DNA of 35,780 nucleotides from a virus (IMGVR_UViG_3300011339_000552:1-35780); one strand, 5' to 3'. Shown: positions 26,295-34,721, numbered from the stretch's first letter. Notes: a model not told the origin generated them from the letters alone. Made by a program: numbers and translations.

Positions 26295-26579
26295 TTATGG
26301 GTTAAATCTTTTATCAAATTCTTTTAAATCATTATCTGCAATAATGGCACTCATATCACGATCGTGTTTCGATTTATTAATAATAAATGAATCGCACCAA
26401 AACTTCATACGATAATTATTTATATTACGCATAGTTCCTTTATCTTTTATAGTTTCTTTAGGTACTAAGTTTTCCATAATTAAATCGTGAGTCCTACTAA
26501 ACTCTTCGTCTATTGCGTTTTGCAGCCTATCAGCAAATTTTTTTCTTTGCAGATCATACCATTTTTCATCTTGTAACAT
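26295..26579 (-). CDS. Hypothetical protein
   Basis: 94-aa ORF tightly packed between neighbours. Confidence 0.65.
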   Translation of the reverse strand: MLQDEKWYDLQRKKFADRLQNAIDEEFSRTHDLIMENLVPKETIKDKGTMRNINNYRMKFWCDSFIINKSKHDRDMSAIIADNDLKEFDKRFNP

Positions 26580-26581
26580 AG

Positions 26582-26830
26582 TTAAATTTTTTCTAATTTA
26601 TAAATTGTTCTCACTTCAAATCCTAATTCTTGCAATTGCTCATGGCGATACTTTTGCAATTCGGATAGTCTGCCTTTCTCTGCTTTGCATTCTATAAAGA
26701 AAGTCTTGCCATCTTTAAGTAACATAAGATCGGGCATACCATTCTTGTTGCATTGTATAATCTTTACAACATACCATCCAAGCAATTCAAAATGTCGGAT
26801 GACTTTACTTTGCAGAATACTCTCTCTCAA
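26582..26830 (-). CDS. VRR-NUC nuclease (putative Holliday junction resolvase)
   Basis: ESILQ...GMPDL...FFIECKAEKGRLSELQ PD-(D/E)xK pattern; TTG start. Confidence 0.9.
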   Translation of the reverse strand: MRESILQSKVIRHFELLGWYVVKIIQCNKNGMPDLMLLKDGKTFFIECKAEKGRLSELQKYRHEQLQELGFEVRTIYKLEKI

Positions 26831-26945
26831 TTTCTTTAAGTTTTGGTTTGACTTCTTTAATAAATTTAGACTGCACCATGATGTAAACTGGTTTCTTTTT
26901 TTCTCTCTCTGGTAAGGCCTTGCGACCTCTGGTTTCTTTTTTCAT
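26805..26945 (-). CDS. Small basic putative DNA-binding protein (46 aa, not in ORF track)
   Basis: MKKETRGRKALPEREKKKPVYIMVQSKFIKEVKPKLKEIEREYSAK: an RGRK arm, a beta-strand-like segment, then a helix. Confidence 0.7.
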   Translation of the reverse strand: MKKETRGRKALPEREKKKPVYIMVQSKFIKEVKPKLKEIEREYSAK

Positions 26946-27033
26946 GTGTTTGTTTTGTTTTATAATTATATTTCTATTTTTTGTTAATAAATACTTTTTA
27001 TTGTATGTTTTTTTTATAATTAGAATTATATTT

Positions 27034-27222
27034 CTAATTATTTTGTTTATAGTTTTTTAATGTAAAACTTGCAAATTCTCCTGGATCATCCCATTCACTA
27101 TGCATTTCATCATCCCAATCTCTAATTTTTTCTAGTGCGTTTATTAGAATTGTAATTTGATTATGTTGATTTATAAGCAATTTATTAACTTCTTTAATTG
27201 TTTCTATAAGATGTTTTTCCAT
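27034..27222 (-). CDS. Hypothetical protein
   Basis: 62-aa AT-rich ORF (ALEKIRDWDDE...WDDPG). Confidence 0.65.
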   Translation of the reverse strand: MEKHLIETIKEVNKLLINQHNQITILINALEKIRDWDDEMHSEWDDPGEFASFTLKNYKQNN

Positions 27223-27225
27223 AAT

Positions 27226-27546
27226 TTATTTGTTTTGGTTTATAAGATTACAAGTTTCCATTGCACAAAACTCAAGTAATACTGAAACTACTTTAAGTTT
27301 TTCCTCTTGAGGTAATCTATTAAAACAATCTTTTATGTTTATTACATCTGTTAATACTCCATCAGTAGTAGTAGCAAAAATGCTAGTATTTGGTAAAAAA
27401 TCGTGAGCATTAATTTTAATTGTCTCATTTAAATAAGTAGGCATAAATGTTTGACTTAAAGTACCTGTTCCTGATTCATTTAAATAATTAGCTAAATTAG
27501 TAGGTATGTACGATGCGTACGTGGGTTTTGTTGTTGTTTTTTTCAT
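27226..27546 (-). CDS. Hypothetical protein
   Basis: Likely ATG at 27546 (MKKTTTKPTY), just downstream of a TAnnTTTG element. Confidence 0.65.
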   Translation of the reverse strand: MKKTTTKPTYASYIPTNLANYLNESGTGTLSQTFMPTYLNETIKINAHDFLPNTSIFATTTDGVLTDVINIKDCFNRLPQEEKLKVVSVLLEFCAMETCNLINQNK

Positions 27547-27567
27547 GTTAAATTTTTTGATTTGCTG

Positions 27568-27575
27568 CAAACATA
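27568..27575 (-). promoter_or_regulatory. Bacteroidota-type -7 promoter element (leftward early promoter)
   Basis: TATGTTTG fits TAnnTTTG; 21 nt upstream of ATG 27546. Confidence 0.65.
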
Positions 27576-27622
27576 CTAAAAAAAAATTAATAAAAAAACT
27601 TTTTTATTTAAAATAAATAGTT

Positions 27623-27630
27623 TAGCTTTG
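27623..27630 (+). promoter_or_regulatory. Bacteroidota-type -7 promoter element (rightward early promoter)
   Basis: TAGCTTTG in the AT-rich divergent intergenic region upstream of the SSB gene. Confidence 0.7.
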
Positions 27631-27662
27631 TCCTATCGTTATAAAACAAACGATGTAAAATT

Positions 27663-28253
27663 ATGGCATTATCACAATTAGGAGGTGTTAACACAACTTA
27701 CCTCAGTGTTGCGGATGGCAACTTAGTACGCCAACACAAGCAAGCAAACGAGCGCACAACGGAGCGCTTAACAAAAACCGGCAAGCTAGTATTTGAAGAG
27801 AGATTTAAGGATCTCACTGCAAAGCTAGAGAACATCACCACGCGCACCAATGACTATGGCACGCAGTGGCAGTTGCATTTTAAGGATGGCGATGCTAGCT
27901 ATGTAGTCAGTTTGCCTTATTCCAGCCGCTATGCATCAAGCTTTTTAAAAGCATTGCCAAATGTAGATACATCTAAAGATGTACGCTTTATGCCATGGGC
28001 AATGAAGGACAAGCTTGACGCTACAAAGATCATCACTGGTGTAACTTTGTATCAAGACGGCGAGAAAATTGCACCAGCCTACACCAGAGAGGATCCAAAC
28101 GGATTGCCGCAAATGGTGAAGATTAAGGTCAAAGGCAAAGAGCAGTGGGATGATTCCGACATGATGCAATTCTTAGAGCAAATGGCATTTAAACTTTTTG
28201 CAGATGCAAATGACAATAATGTTGTTTTAGATGAAGATGAAACGCCTTTTTAG
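27663..28253 (+). CDS. Putative single-stranded DNA-binding protein
   Basis: 196 aa with acidic C-terminal tail LDEDETPF; first gene of the DNA-metabolism operon. Confidence 0.7.
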   Translation: MALSQLGGVNTTYLSVADGNLVRQHKQANERTTERLTKTGKLVFEERFKDLTAKLENITTRTNDYGTQWQLHFKDGDASYVVSLPYSSRYASSFLKALPNVDTSKDVRFMPWAMKDKLDATKIITGVTLYQDGEKIAPAYTREDPNGLPQMVKIKVKGKEQWDDSDMMQFLEQMAFKLFADANDNNVVLDEDETPF

Positions 28254-28276
28254 TTGGTGATTATTGGTTAGCGGTT

Positions 28277-28308
28277 TGTGGCTTCCGTACAAAAAGCCAC
28301 ACTTTTTT
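28277..28308 (+). terminator. Intrinsic terminator after SSB
   Basis: tgtggctt-ccgtacaaa-aagccaca followed by ctttttt. Confidence 0.75.
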
Positions 28309-28328
28309 AAACCAATAAATAAAATTTT

Positions 28329-28520
28329 ATGCCAGTTATAAAAATCACAAAAGAAACTGATTTGATCTTCAATGAAGATAGGTACTTTATAAGAGTAGAT
28401 GGAAAATTTATAAAAGGCTTTGCCACCTTAGAGCAAGCCGAAGAGATTGCAAGCCAGCTAGCTAAGAATGGCGGCAGAGAAAAAACAGATGAAATAACCA
28501 TTAAAGAAATTATATGCTAA
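28329..28520 (+). CDS. Hypothetical protein
   Basis: 63-aa ORF overlapping the next start. Confidence 0.7.
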   Translation: MPVIKITKETDLIFNEDRYFIRVDGKFIKGFATLEQAEEIASQLAKNGGREKTDEITIKEIIC

Positions 28521-29263
28521 TCAAAAACCAAACATCAAACCAGCTAACATTTAAAGACGGCCGATTCTACACAGATGAGAACGGCAACTATTTCCCAAGT
28601 GCCACAACTTTGCTTGAGGCATATCCAAAGCCAGCACAACTTATCATGTGGATGAAGGAGGTTGGATCTAAAGCGGACGAAATCCGTGATGCTGCCGGCA
28701 AGCGCGGATCAAGTGTGCATCAATTAACAGAGGACTATGACAATGGCATTGAGTGTACTTTGCTTGACGAATATGGCAAGCCTAAGTACTCGCTTGAGGA
28801 ATGGTCAATGTTTGAGCGTTATGTAGAATTTAGTGTCACACATAAGCCAGAGCATCATTTAATTGAGCAAACATTTATCAATAGTCAGCTAGGCTTTGCT
28901 GGCACTATTGATCGCATTTGTACTATTGATGGCAAGACTTATGTGCTAGACATCAAGACCAGTAACGGCATTTACAATTCGTACTGGTTGCAGTTGGCTG
29001 CCTATCGCCAGTTGTATGATCATGGCACAATGCATGGATCTGGGATGCCAGACATTGACGGAGTGGCTATCTTATGGCTAAATGCTAAGACTAGGACAAA
29101 CGGCAAAAAAGGCGATGTGCAAGGCAAAGGATGGCAGATGGTCAGCGAGATGGACACATCAAAGCAGTGGTCATTATTCCAAGCCGTCCAGCAATTATGG
29201 CACGCAGAGCATGAGGATGATAAGCCAAAAGAATTTAGTTATCAACTTTCTCATAAAAAGTAA
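28514..29263 (+). CDS. PD-(D/E)xK exonuclease (RecB/Cas4-like phage recombination nuclease)
   Basis: PSATTLL, RGSSVH, FAGTIDRI, VLDIKTS and LQLAAY. Confidence 0.9.
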   Translation: MLIKNQTSNQLTFKDGRFYTDENGNYFPSATTLLEAYPKPAQLIMWMKEVGSKADEIRDAAGKRGSSVHQLTEDYDNGIECTLLDEYGKPKYSLEEWSMFERYVEFSVTHKPEHHLIEQTFINSQLGFAGTIDRICTIDGKTYVLDIKTSNGIYNSYWLQLAAYRQLYDHGTMHGSGMPDIDGVAILWLNAKTRTNGKKGDVQGKGWQMVSEMDTSKQWSLFQAVQQLWHAEHEDDKPKEFSYQLSHKK

Positions 29264-29276
29264 TTAACTTTACGCC

Positions 29277-30008
29277 ATGACTACCAAAAGAAAACGATTA
29301 TACTTTGACATTGAGACCAGTGCAAACATCGGTTTCTTTTGGCAGAGTGGCTTTAAGCTTAATATCGGCCCACAAAATATTATCAAAGAGCGTGCAATTA
29401 TTTGCATTTGCTATAAGTGGGAAGATGAAAAAGAGACACACTCTTTGACATGGGATAGCAAGCAGAATGATAAAAAGATGCTAAATGATTTTATCAAAGT
29501 GCTTAACACGGCAGATGAGATCATTGGACATAATGGTGACAAGTTTGATTTGGCATGGGTGCGCACTAGATGTTTGTTTCACGGCATTGACATGTTTCCA
29601 AGATACACAACGATTGATACTTTAAAAGTGGCGCGCTCAAAATTTAAGTTTAATTCAAACAAGCTAAACTACATAGCGCAATATTTAGGGATCGGACAAA
29701 AGATTAAAACTGAATTTGATCTATGGAAAGACATCGCGTTAAAAAATGACAAGGTCGCACTGGCTAAGATGGTAAGGTATTGCAAGATGGATGTTGTGTT
29801 GCTTGAGAAAGTACATAAGCTTTTAAATAATCACATAGATGCCAAGACGCACTTTGGTGTTGTGTTTGGCCAGTATAAAGGCACATGTCCAGAGTGCGGA
29901 TCGGATGACATTCAAAAACATAGCAGACAAATTTTAGCAAGCGGCACAATTAAAATAATTTACAAATGCAAGACATGTGGGAAATTTCACCGCAAGACGG
30001 ACAAGTAG
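29277..30008 (+). CDS. RNase H-like 3'-5' exonuclease (YprB/DnaQ-like) with C-terminal zinc ribbon
   Basis: FDIET, GHNGDKFD, YCKMDV and CPECG...CKTCG. Confidence 0.88.
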   Translation: MTTKRKRLYFDIETSANIGFFWQSGFKLNIGPQNIIKERAIICICYKWEDEKETHSLTWDSKQNDKKMLNDFIKVLNTADEIIGHNGDKFDLAWVRTRCLFHGIDMFPRYTTIDTLKVARSKFKFNSNKLNYIAQYLGIGQKIKTEFDLWKDIALKNDKVALAKMVRYCKMDVVLLEKVHKLLNNHIDAKTHFGVVFGQYKGTCPECGSDDIQKHSRQILASGTIKIIYKCKTCGKFHRKTDK

Positions 30009-30205
30009 GCGGATCGCATTACAAGGATTGTAAGATCCAGCCAACAGAATTTATCTTTGCTAACAACATACCTTTTATTGAAGGCAACATTATCAAGTAT
30101 GTGATAAGGCATAGGAATAAAAACGGCATTGAAGATTTAAAAAAGGCAAAGCATTATATTGATCTATTAATTCAATTTGAATATGAGACTACCAAAGTTA
30201 TTTAA
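29966..30205 (+). CDS. DUF3310 (T7 gp1.7-like nucleotide kinase family) protein
   Basis: QVGGSHYK, GNIIKYVIRH and KNGIEDLKKAKHYI. Confidence 0.85.
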   Translation: MQDMWEISPQDGQVGGSHYKDCKIQPTEFIFANNIPFIEGNIIKYVIRHRNKNGIEDLKKAKHYIDLLIQFEYETTKVI

Positions 30206-30380
30206 TAAAATGAAACTATCCGAGCAAGAGACATGGCTTACTAATAAGCTGGCAGAGGTGCATGGTATTGAGCAAGAAATAAGACGCTATCTTGCAAAGG
30301 TACGCGGAGGGCAAATCATTTTCACACCTAGCGATCAAATAGATCGCTTGGATGAAATAGAATTAAAAAAAGATGCTTAA
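30177..30380 (+). CDS. Hypothetical protein
   Basis: 67-aa ORF overlapping both neighbours. Confidence 0.65.
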   Translation: MNMRLPKLFNKMKLSEQETWLTNKLAEVHGIEQEIRRYLAKVRGGQIIFTPSDQIDRLDEIELKKDA

Positions 30381-30645
30381 GATTAAAATCATATATCGCA
30401 AGCTGGGCAGAGAGCAAGCGCATGGACTTGCCAGCAGTGATGGCATAATTGAAATAGACGAGCGCTTAAAAGGCAAAAAGCACCTAGAAATATTAATTCA
30501 TGAGGTATTGCATTTACTTTATCCTCGTAATTCCGAGGCTACAATAGTGAAAAATTCCGTTATGCTTACACGCATTCTCTGGAAAGAGGGTTATAGACGA
30601 GTGGATCAAAAAGAAGATGAGCCGCTACAAGACGGCTTAATATAA
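30373..30645 (+). CDS. Small HExxH zinc metallopeptidase-like protein
   Basis: HGLA...IEID...ILIHEVLH...E pattern. Confidence 0.75.
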   Translation: MLKIKIIYRKLGREQAHGLASSDGIIEIDERLKGKKHLEILIHEVLHLLYPRNSEATIVKNSVMLTRILWKEGYRRVDQKEDEPLQDGLI

Positions 30646-30684
30646 CATTGGATTGCCTTTGACCAATTAAATATGATGAGGCAA

Positions 30685-30735
30685 AAGGCCGGCAAAAGAT
30701 TTTTAGTAATTGGGGATTGCCGGCCTTATCTTTTA
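30685..30735 (+). terminator. Stem-loop, possible terminator or structured RNA
   Basis: aaggccggca (30685-30694) / tgccggcctt (30718-30727), followed by atctttt. Confidence 0.5.
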
Positions 30736-30864
30736 GTCCAATAATATGTTGTTAACATACATTTTATCGTATCAATTTGCGTATAAATACGGATAAGTAA
30801 AGCTACAACTTGACATATATCATAAAAAAGTAAGTCAATAACTTGACTTTTTGAATCATATACC

Positions 30865-32091
30865 ATGCAATTAAGAGACTATCAAGTGGACATCGCTGAT
30901 CAAGCAATTGACATCTTAAAAGAATTTAAGCTTGTCTATTTGGCGATGCAAGTGCGCACTGGTAAGACGATCACCAGCTTGCACATTGCTAGCTTATATG
31001 GTGCAAAGAAAGTATTATTTGTAACTAAAAAGAAAGCGATCTCAAGCATAGAGGATGACTTTAAGCAGTCCAATTGTTTATATGATTTACTTGTAATAAA
31101 TTACGAAAGCGTACATAAATGCGTATACAATTATGATTTTATCATCATAGACGAGGCACATGCACTGGGCCAATACCCAATACCATCGGAGCGCACAAAA
31201 GCTTTAAAAGTAATATGTGAAGGTAAGCCGATCATATATTTAAGCGGCACACCTAGTCCAGAGACTTATGCTCAGTTTTATCATCAATTCTGGGTAAGTA
31301 GTTTTAGTCCATTTAAAGACTTTAAAAACTTTTATGCATGGCATAAAGAGTTTGGCATACCAGCTAAAAAATATGTTTATAATAGAGAGTTGGCAGATTA
31401 TAGCAAAGTCAAGCAAGAGCGCATCCAGTCGGACATCCAGCATTTGATCTTGACATATACGCAAGAAGAGGCTGGCTTTGAGTCACTGGTGCAAGAGACG
31501 ATCCTATATGTGTCAATGAGTGACAAGGTTAAGTGGGCAGTTGACAAGATTAAAAAAGATAAATTGTTCAAGACTAAAGATGGACAAGTAGTGCTTGCAG
31601 ACACGGCGGTCAAAGAGATGCAAAAGATCCATCAAATTTGCAGCGGATCAGTAAAGACTGAGGATGGCAATGCAATCATATTTGATGACACAAAAGCTAC
31701 ATTTATAAAAGAGCGCTTTAAAGGCCAAAAGATAGCCATATTTTACAAATACATTGCAGAGGGTATGCAGTTAAGATACACCTTTGCTGGCCGGATCATA
31801 GAGGATCCAATGGCCTTTAACGAGGCAGATGGTGATGCAGTGTTTATTTCACAGATCCAGTCGGGCCGTGAAGGCATAAATTTAAGCACGGCAGATGCAC
31901 TGGTCATGTATAACATTGACTTTAGCGCCGTAAGTTATTGGCAATCAAGAGCCAGAATGCAAACAAAAGACCGCAAAACCGCTTCGCATGTGTACTGGAT
32001 ATTCACCAGTGGCGGCATTGAGGATCGTATTTTTGGCATGGTGCAGAACAAAAAAGACTTCACTTTAAGTCATTTTAAAAAAATTTATTAA
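30865..32091 (+). CDS. Superfamily 2 (SNF2-like) helicase
   Basis: LRDYQ Q-motif, RTGKT, IIIDEAH, LSGTP, GREGINL and QSRAR. Confidence 0.92.
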   Translation: MQLRDYQVDIADQAIDILKEFKLVYLAMQVRTGKTITSLHIASLYGAKKVLFVTKKKAISSIEDDFKQSNCLYDLLVINYESVHKCVYNYDFIIIDEAHALGQYPIPSERTKALKVICEGKPIIYLSGTPSPETYAQFYHQFWVSSFSPFKDFKNFYAWHKEFGIPAKKYVYNRELADYSKVKQERIQSDIQHLILTYTQEEAGFESLVQETILYVSMSDKVKWAVDKIKKDKLFKTKDGQVVLADTAVKEMQKIHQICSGSVKTEDGNAIIFDDTKATFIKERFKGQKIAIFYKYIAEGMQLRYTFAGRIIEDPMAFNEADGDAVFISQIQSGREGINLSTADALVMYNIDFSAVSYWQSRARMQTKDRKTASHVYWIFTSGGIEDRIFGMVQNKKDFTLSHFKKIY

Positions 32092-32120
32092 AAATATTTT
32101 TTTATTCCAATTGTTTGTTT

Positions 32121-32128
32121 TAGCTTTG
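32121..32128 (+). promoter_or_regulatory. Bacteroidota-type -7 promoter element
   Basis: TAGCTTTG, with the same upstream tttttttatt context as the 27623 promoter. Confidence 0.7.
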
Positions 32129-32151
32129 ATTTCATAATCAAAACATCAAAC

Positions 32152-32280
32152 ATGAATCGTTTAAAAACACCACAACAAAAAGCCAACGAGCGCTACGCTC
32201 AAGAGTCAATCAAGCCAATGTATGCATTTATCATTGTATGCGTTGCGTTTTTAATCACCGCTATAATGCAAAATTTATGA
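32152..32280 (+). CDS. Small membrane protein (42 aa, not in ORF track)
   Basis: MNRLKTPQQKANERYAQESIKPMYAFIIVCVAFLITAIMQNL; one C-terminal transmembrane segment. Confidence 0.7.
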   Translation: MNRLKTPQQKANERYAQESIKPMYAFIIVCVAFLITAIMQNL

Positions 32281-32393
32281 GACCTTATTTGATCTTCATT
32301 TATGAATTGACATTTTTTATAGTAGTGTCAGTTCCGCTAGCAATCACCTTGTACTTAAGTGCAAGTTTATTATCTAAAATTAAAAACTTTTAA
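32277..32393 (+). CDS. Small membrane protein (38 aa, not in ORF track)
   Basis: MRPYLIFIYELTFFIVVSVPLAITLYLSASLLSKIKNF; ATGA overlap with the upstream gene. Confidence 0.65.
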   Translation: MRPYLIFIYELTFFIVVSVPLAITLYLSASLLSKIKNF

Positions 32394-32395
32394 TC

Positions 32396-32578
32396 ATGGC
32401 TTATTCTATTTGTTGCGGCGCTTATAGCCGTATGCCCGAAATTGATATTTGTCCAGAGTGCCGCGATCATTGCGACTGGGAGGATGAAGAGGACGAGGCG
32501 AATGATGAAAAAATATTAAATAACCATAAGACCGAAGGCGGAATAAGCAGCAACGCTCCAGCTTGGCAAGGTCGATAA
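32396..32578 (+). CDS. Small Cys-rich zinc-finger-like protein
   Basis: SICCGA...ICPECRDHC followed by an acidic run. Confidence 0.75.
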   Translation: MAYSICCGAYSRMPEIDICPECRDHCDWEDEEDEANDEKILNNHKTEGGISSNAPAWQGR

Positions 32579-32589
32579 AATCAAATCAC

Positions 32590-32781
32590 ATGACTAAAAT
32601 CAGTTACCAAATTTATGATGAGAAAATGAATTGCACTCATCTAGAACATCCTACCGACATTGCGCCAATTGTAGGTGACATTATGGATTTCTCAACTCCA
32701 GAAAATACTTTATTTCTTAAAGTAACAAGACGGCAATTCACTTCATATAATCATTTAATCATCATCTTAGAAAATATTTAA
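32590..32781 (+). CDS. Hypothetical protein
   Basis: ATG 32590 (MTKISYQIY); PIVGD motif. Confidence 0.65.
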   Translation: MTKISYQIYDEKMNCTHLEHPTDIAPIVGDIMDFSTPENTLFLKVTRRQFTSYNHLIIILENI

Positions 32782-32783
32782 CC

Positions 32784-32975
32784 ATGGCAAATCACCAACA
32801 ATGGCAAGACCTTACGATCATAGAGAAAATTGATCTGGTAGGCAAGCTGACACATTTATTGCAAAACGATGTAGATAGTTTTAACGCTTTCAAAAGCTGG
32901 GTAGGAGCAAGCGAATTGCTTGGATTGTTTAACGAGGTAAAAATCAATGATGAAGGAAATACTGAAATACATTAA
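32784..32975 (+). CDS. Hypothetical protein
   Basis: 63-aa ORF within the operon. Confidence 0.7.
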   Translation: MANHQQWQDLTIIEKIDLVGKLTHLLQNDVDSFNAFKSWVGASELLGLFNEVKINDEGNTEIH

Positions 32976-33312
32976 GCTTTACACTGGATGCAATGATCAT
33001 GCATTAAAAAGAATAGAGGCAATGCTTGAGCCTAGATTGCAACCAGTAGTAGTAGAAAAAATAGTCAAAGTAGAAAAAATTGTGCATCGTAAACTAAAGC
33101 CAAAAATAGTCATTGAAAAATGGGCAGAGGCTTATTTTGTAGAAAATGGCATCACTTATAAGCAAATGGCAGACAGATCACGCAAGCAAGATATTGTTGA
33201 TCTAAGGTATCAATTTATAAAAGATGCGTATTTTAACGGCTACACTTGCACTGGCATTGCTAAGTATTTAAAGCGCGATCACTCAACTATTATTTATGCG
33301 ATAAATAGCTAG
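32947..33312 (+). CDS. DnaA domain IV-like helix-turn-helix protein
   Basis: SRKQDIVDLR...IAKYLKRDHSTIIYA matches the DnaA C-terminal RDHTTV signature. Confidence 0.8.
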   Translation: MMKEILKYIKLYTGCNDHALKRIEAMLEPRLQPVVVEKIVKVEKIVHRKLKPKIVIEKWAEAYFVENGITYKQMADRSRKQDIVDLRYQFIKDAYFNGYTCTGIAKYLKRDHSTIIYAINS

Positions 33313-33748
33313 TTCCCCCACTAGCATTCTTAACGGCCCTAAGGACTTGATGTCTTTGTGGGCCGTTTTTTTTGTAGCTAACATGCACCCACGCATAGTC
33401 AAACTCATTGATCACTTGATCAAATGGCAACTTGGCCACAATAAAATCAAAGATGTCTTTATTTGTAACGGAGTGTGAGTGACCATCCATGTCTAGATCA
33501 AGCGCCTCACCTTTGCAATGTTGAGATGTACTACTGCCTTTCACCAGCTTATTGAGATCCTTGGATCTGTAAGCACTAGAGATGTAAATTGGCACTCTAA
33601 ATTCGGCTCTAATAGGCTCAAAGATATGCTCGCAGATAGCCTTTAGATTCTCGATATGCTCTGGCGTTGGCATGTTGGATATGCCGTGCCTTTTAGCAGA
33701 CTCGGATCGGATCAGTTCGCCTAATGTAACATGCTGAGATATGACCAT
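33290..33748 (-). CDS. Endolysin, peptidase M15 family
   Basis: ISSAYRS, SQHCKGEALD and WVHVSY zinc-peptidase motifs; likely ATG at 33748. Confidence 0.9.
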   Translation of the reverse strand: MVISQHVTLGELIRSESAKRHGISNMPTPEHIENLKAICEHIFEPIRAEFRVPIYISSAYRSKDLNKLVKGSSTSQHCKGEALDLDMDGHSHSVTNKDIFDFIVAKLPFDQVINEFDYAWVHVSYKKNGPQRHQVLRAVKNASGGTSYLSHK

Positions 33749-34221
33749 AAAAAACGCTTTAAAATAAAGAATGCCATTAAAAGGCCAATTAAGGCCCAAA
33801 ATTTAAACTTAAGCTTTTTGTGAGCATCTTTACTACTTTCAAAAGATTGCTTGTAGAATCGCACGCTATCAAGCGCTAGGCCTAGTCTGCGTGTATCTAC
33901 TATGTAGCCGGTCTTAATCTCGACTATGCGCTTAGTTTTATAGATTGTTTTGCCTTGTAAGGTCTTAGTGATCACATTGTCTATTGTGTCAGTCTTGTAG
34001 TCTGTGATTGTGTCTGTTGTCACCAATGTATCTAAAAGTGTAACAAAAGCCGTATCATTTGCGCATGGTCTGGTTTTCTCAAGTTCACGAAAAACACGCT
34101 CACTGGAGGCCACATCATTAAGCACACGGCGCTCTGCCTTAAGGATCGGATTGCATCCACATAATATTAAAATCGCTAATATTGTTATGTACAATATTAG
34201 CAGCTTACTTTTTGGTGCCAT
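33721..34221 (-). CDS. Putative unimolecular spanin
   Basis: N-terminal lipoprotein signal (ILAILILCGC) plus C-terminal transmembrane segment (FWALIGLLMAFFIL); in the lysis cassette. Confidence 0.7.
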   Translation of the reverse strand: MAPKSKLLILYITILAILILCGCNPILKAERRVLNDVASSERVFRELEKTRPCANDTAFVTLLDTLVTTDTITDYKTDTIDNVITKTLQGKTIYKTKRIVEIKTGYIVDTRRLGLALDSVRFYKQSFESSKDAHKKLKFKFWALIGLLMAFFILKRFLWSYLSMLH

Positions 34222-34399
34222 AGCGCGGATCGTGTGGATTTAACCAGTTAACAATAATAGGCAAAATAGAGATCACGGCAGCGCTTATGCACTCTTCTAA
34301 AGTTACCTCGTAGATATTGCCTTTAGTTATGATCATGGTAAGGATGGCCGTCAAGACAATCTTAAGCCATGATCCGTAAATGCTATTAAGAAATTTCAT
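34205..34399 (-). CDS. Putative holin
   Basis: Two transmembrane segments and C-terminal NWLNPHDPRYG; likely ATG at 34399. Confidence 0.7.
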   Translation of the reverse strand: MKFLNSIYGSWLKIVLTAILTMIITKGNIYEVTLEECISAAVISILPIIVNWLNPHDPRYGTKK

Positions 34400-34574
34400 C
34401 TTTGTTGATCTTTTTTGTGGCATTGTAGTAATACCTTATGGCCATAAAACCAGAGATAATAGCAACCAAACCGGCCACTAAGGTCACAAAAGGTTGTGCT
34501 TGGGTTACTGACAATGTCGCGGCGGTCATTGAGACGCCAGTATTGATTAAGGCTTGGCTGCTATCTTGTGTCAT
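34386..34574 (-). CDS. Small membrane protein (holin/antiholin-like)
   Basis: Hydrophobic VTLVAGLVAIISGFMAI followed by a basic tail; in the lysis cassette. Confidence 0.65.
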   Translation of the reverse strand: MTQDSSQALINTGVSMTAATLSVTQAQPFVTLVAGLVAIISGFMAIRYYYNATKKINKDEIS

Positions 34575-34721
34575 TTAATCTTCTGTTTTAATCTCTTCTG
34601 CTGGCTTTTGCTCTTGCTCAAGCTGGCCAAAGAAAGTTAATAAAGGCAATCCGAACTCAGTTGGGATCTTGTTAATGAAGGCCTTTAAGTCGGCCATGTG
34701 TTGCTCGTTTAATGTTAACAT
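34575..34721 (-). CDS. Hypothetical protein (48 aa, not in ORF track)
   Basis: MLTLNEQHMADLKAFINKIPTEFGLPLLTFFGQLEQEQKPAEEIKTED; its stop abuts the next ATG. Confidence 0.75.
   Translation of the reverse strand: MLTLNEQHMADLKAFINKIPTEFGLPLLTFFGQLEQEQKPAEEIKTED

Noticed and set aside
28514-29263. Cas4 / CRISPR adaptation gene
   Set aside because: It lacks the Fe-S Cys cluster and any array; next to SSB it fits an ordinary phage recombination exonuclease.
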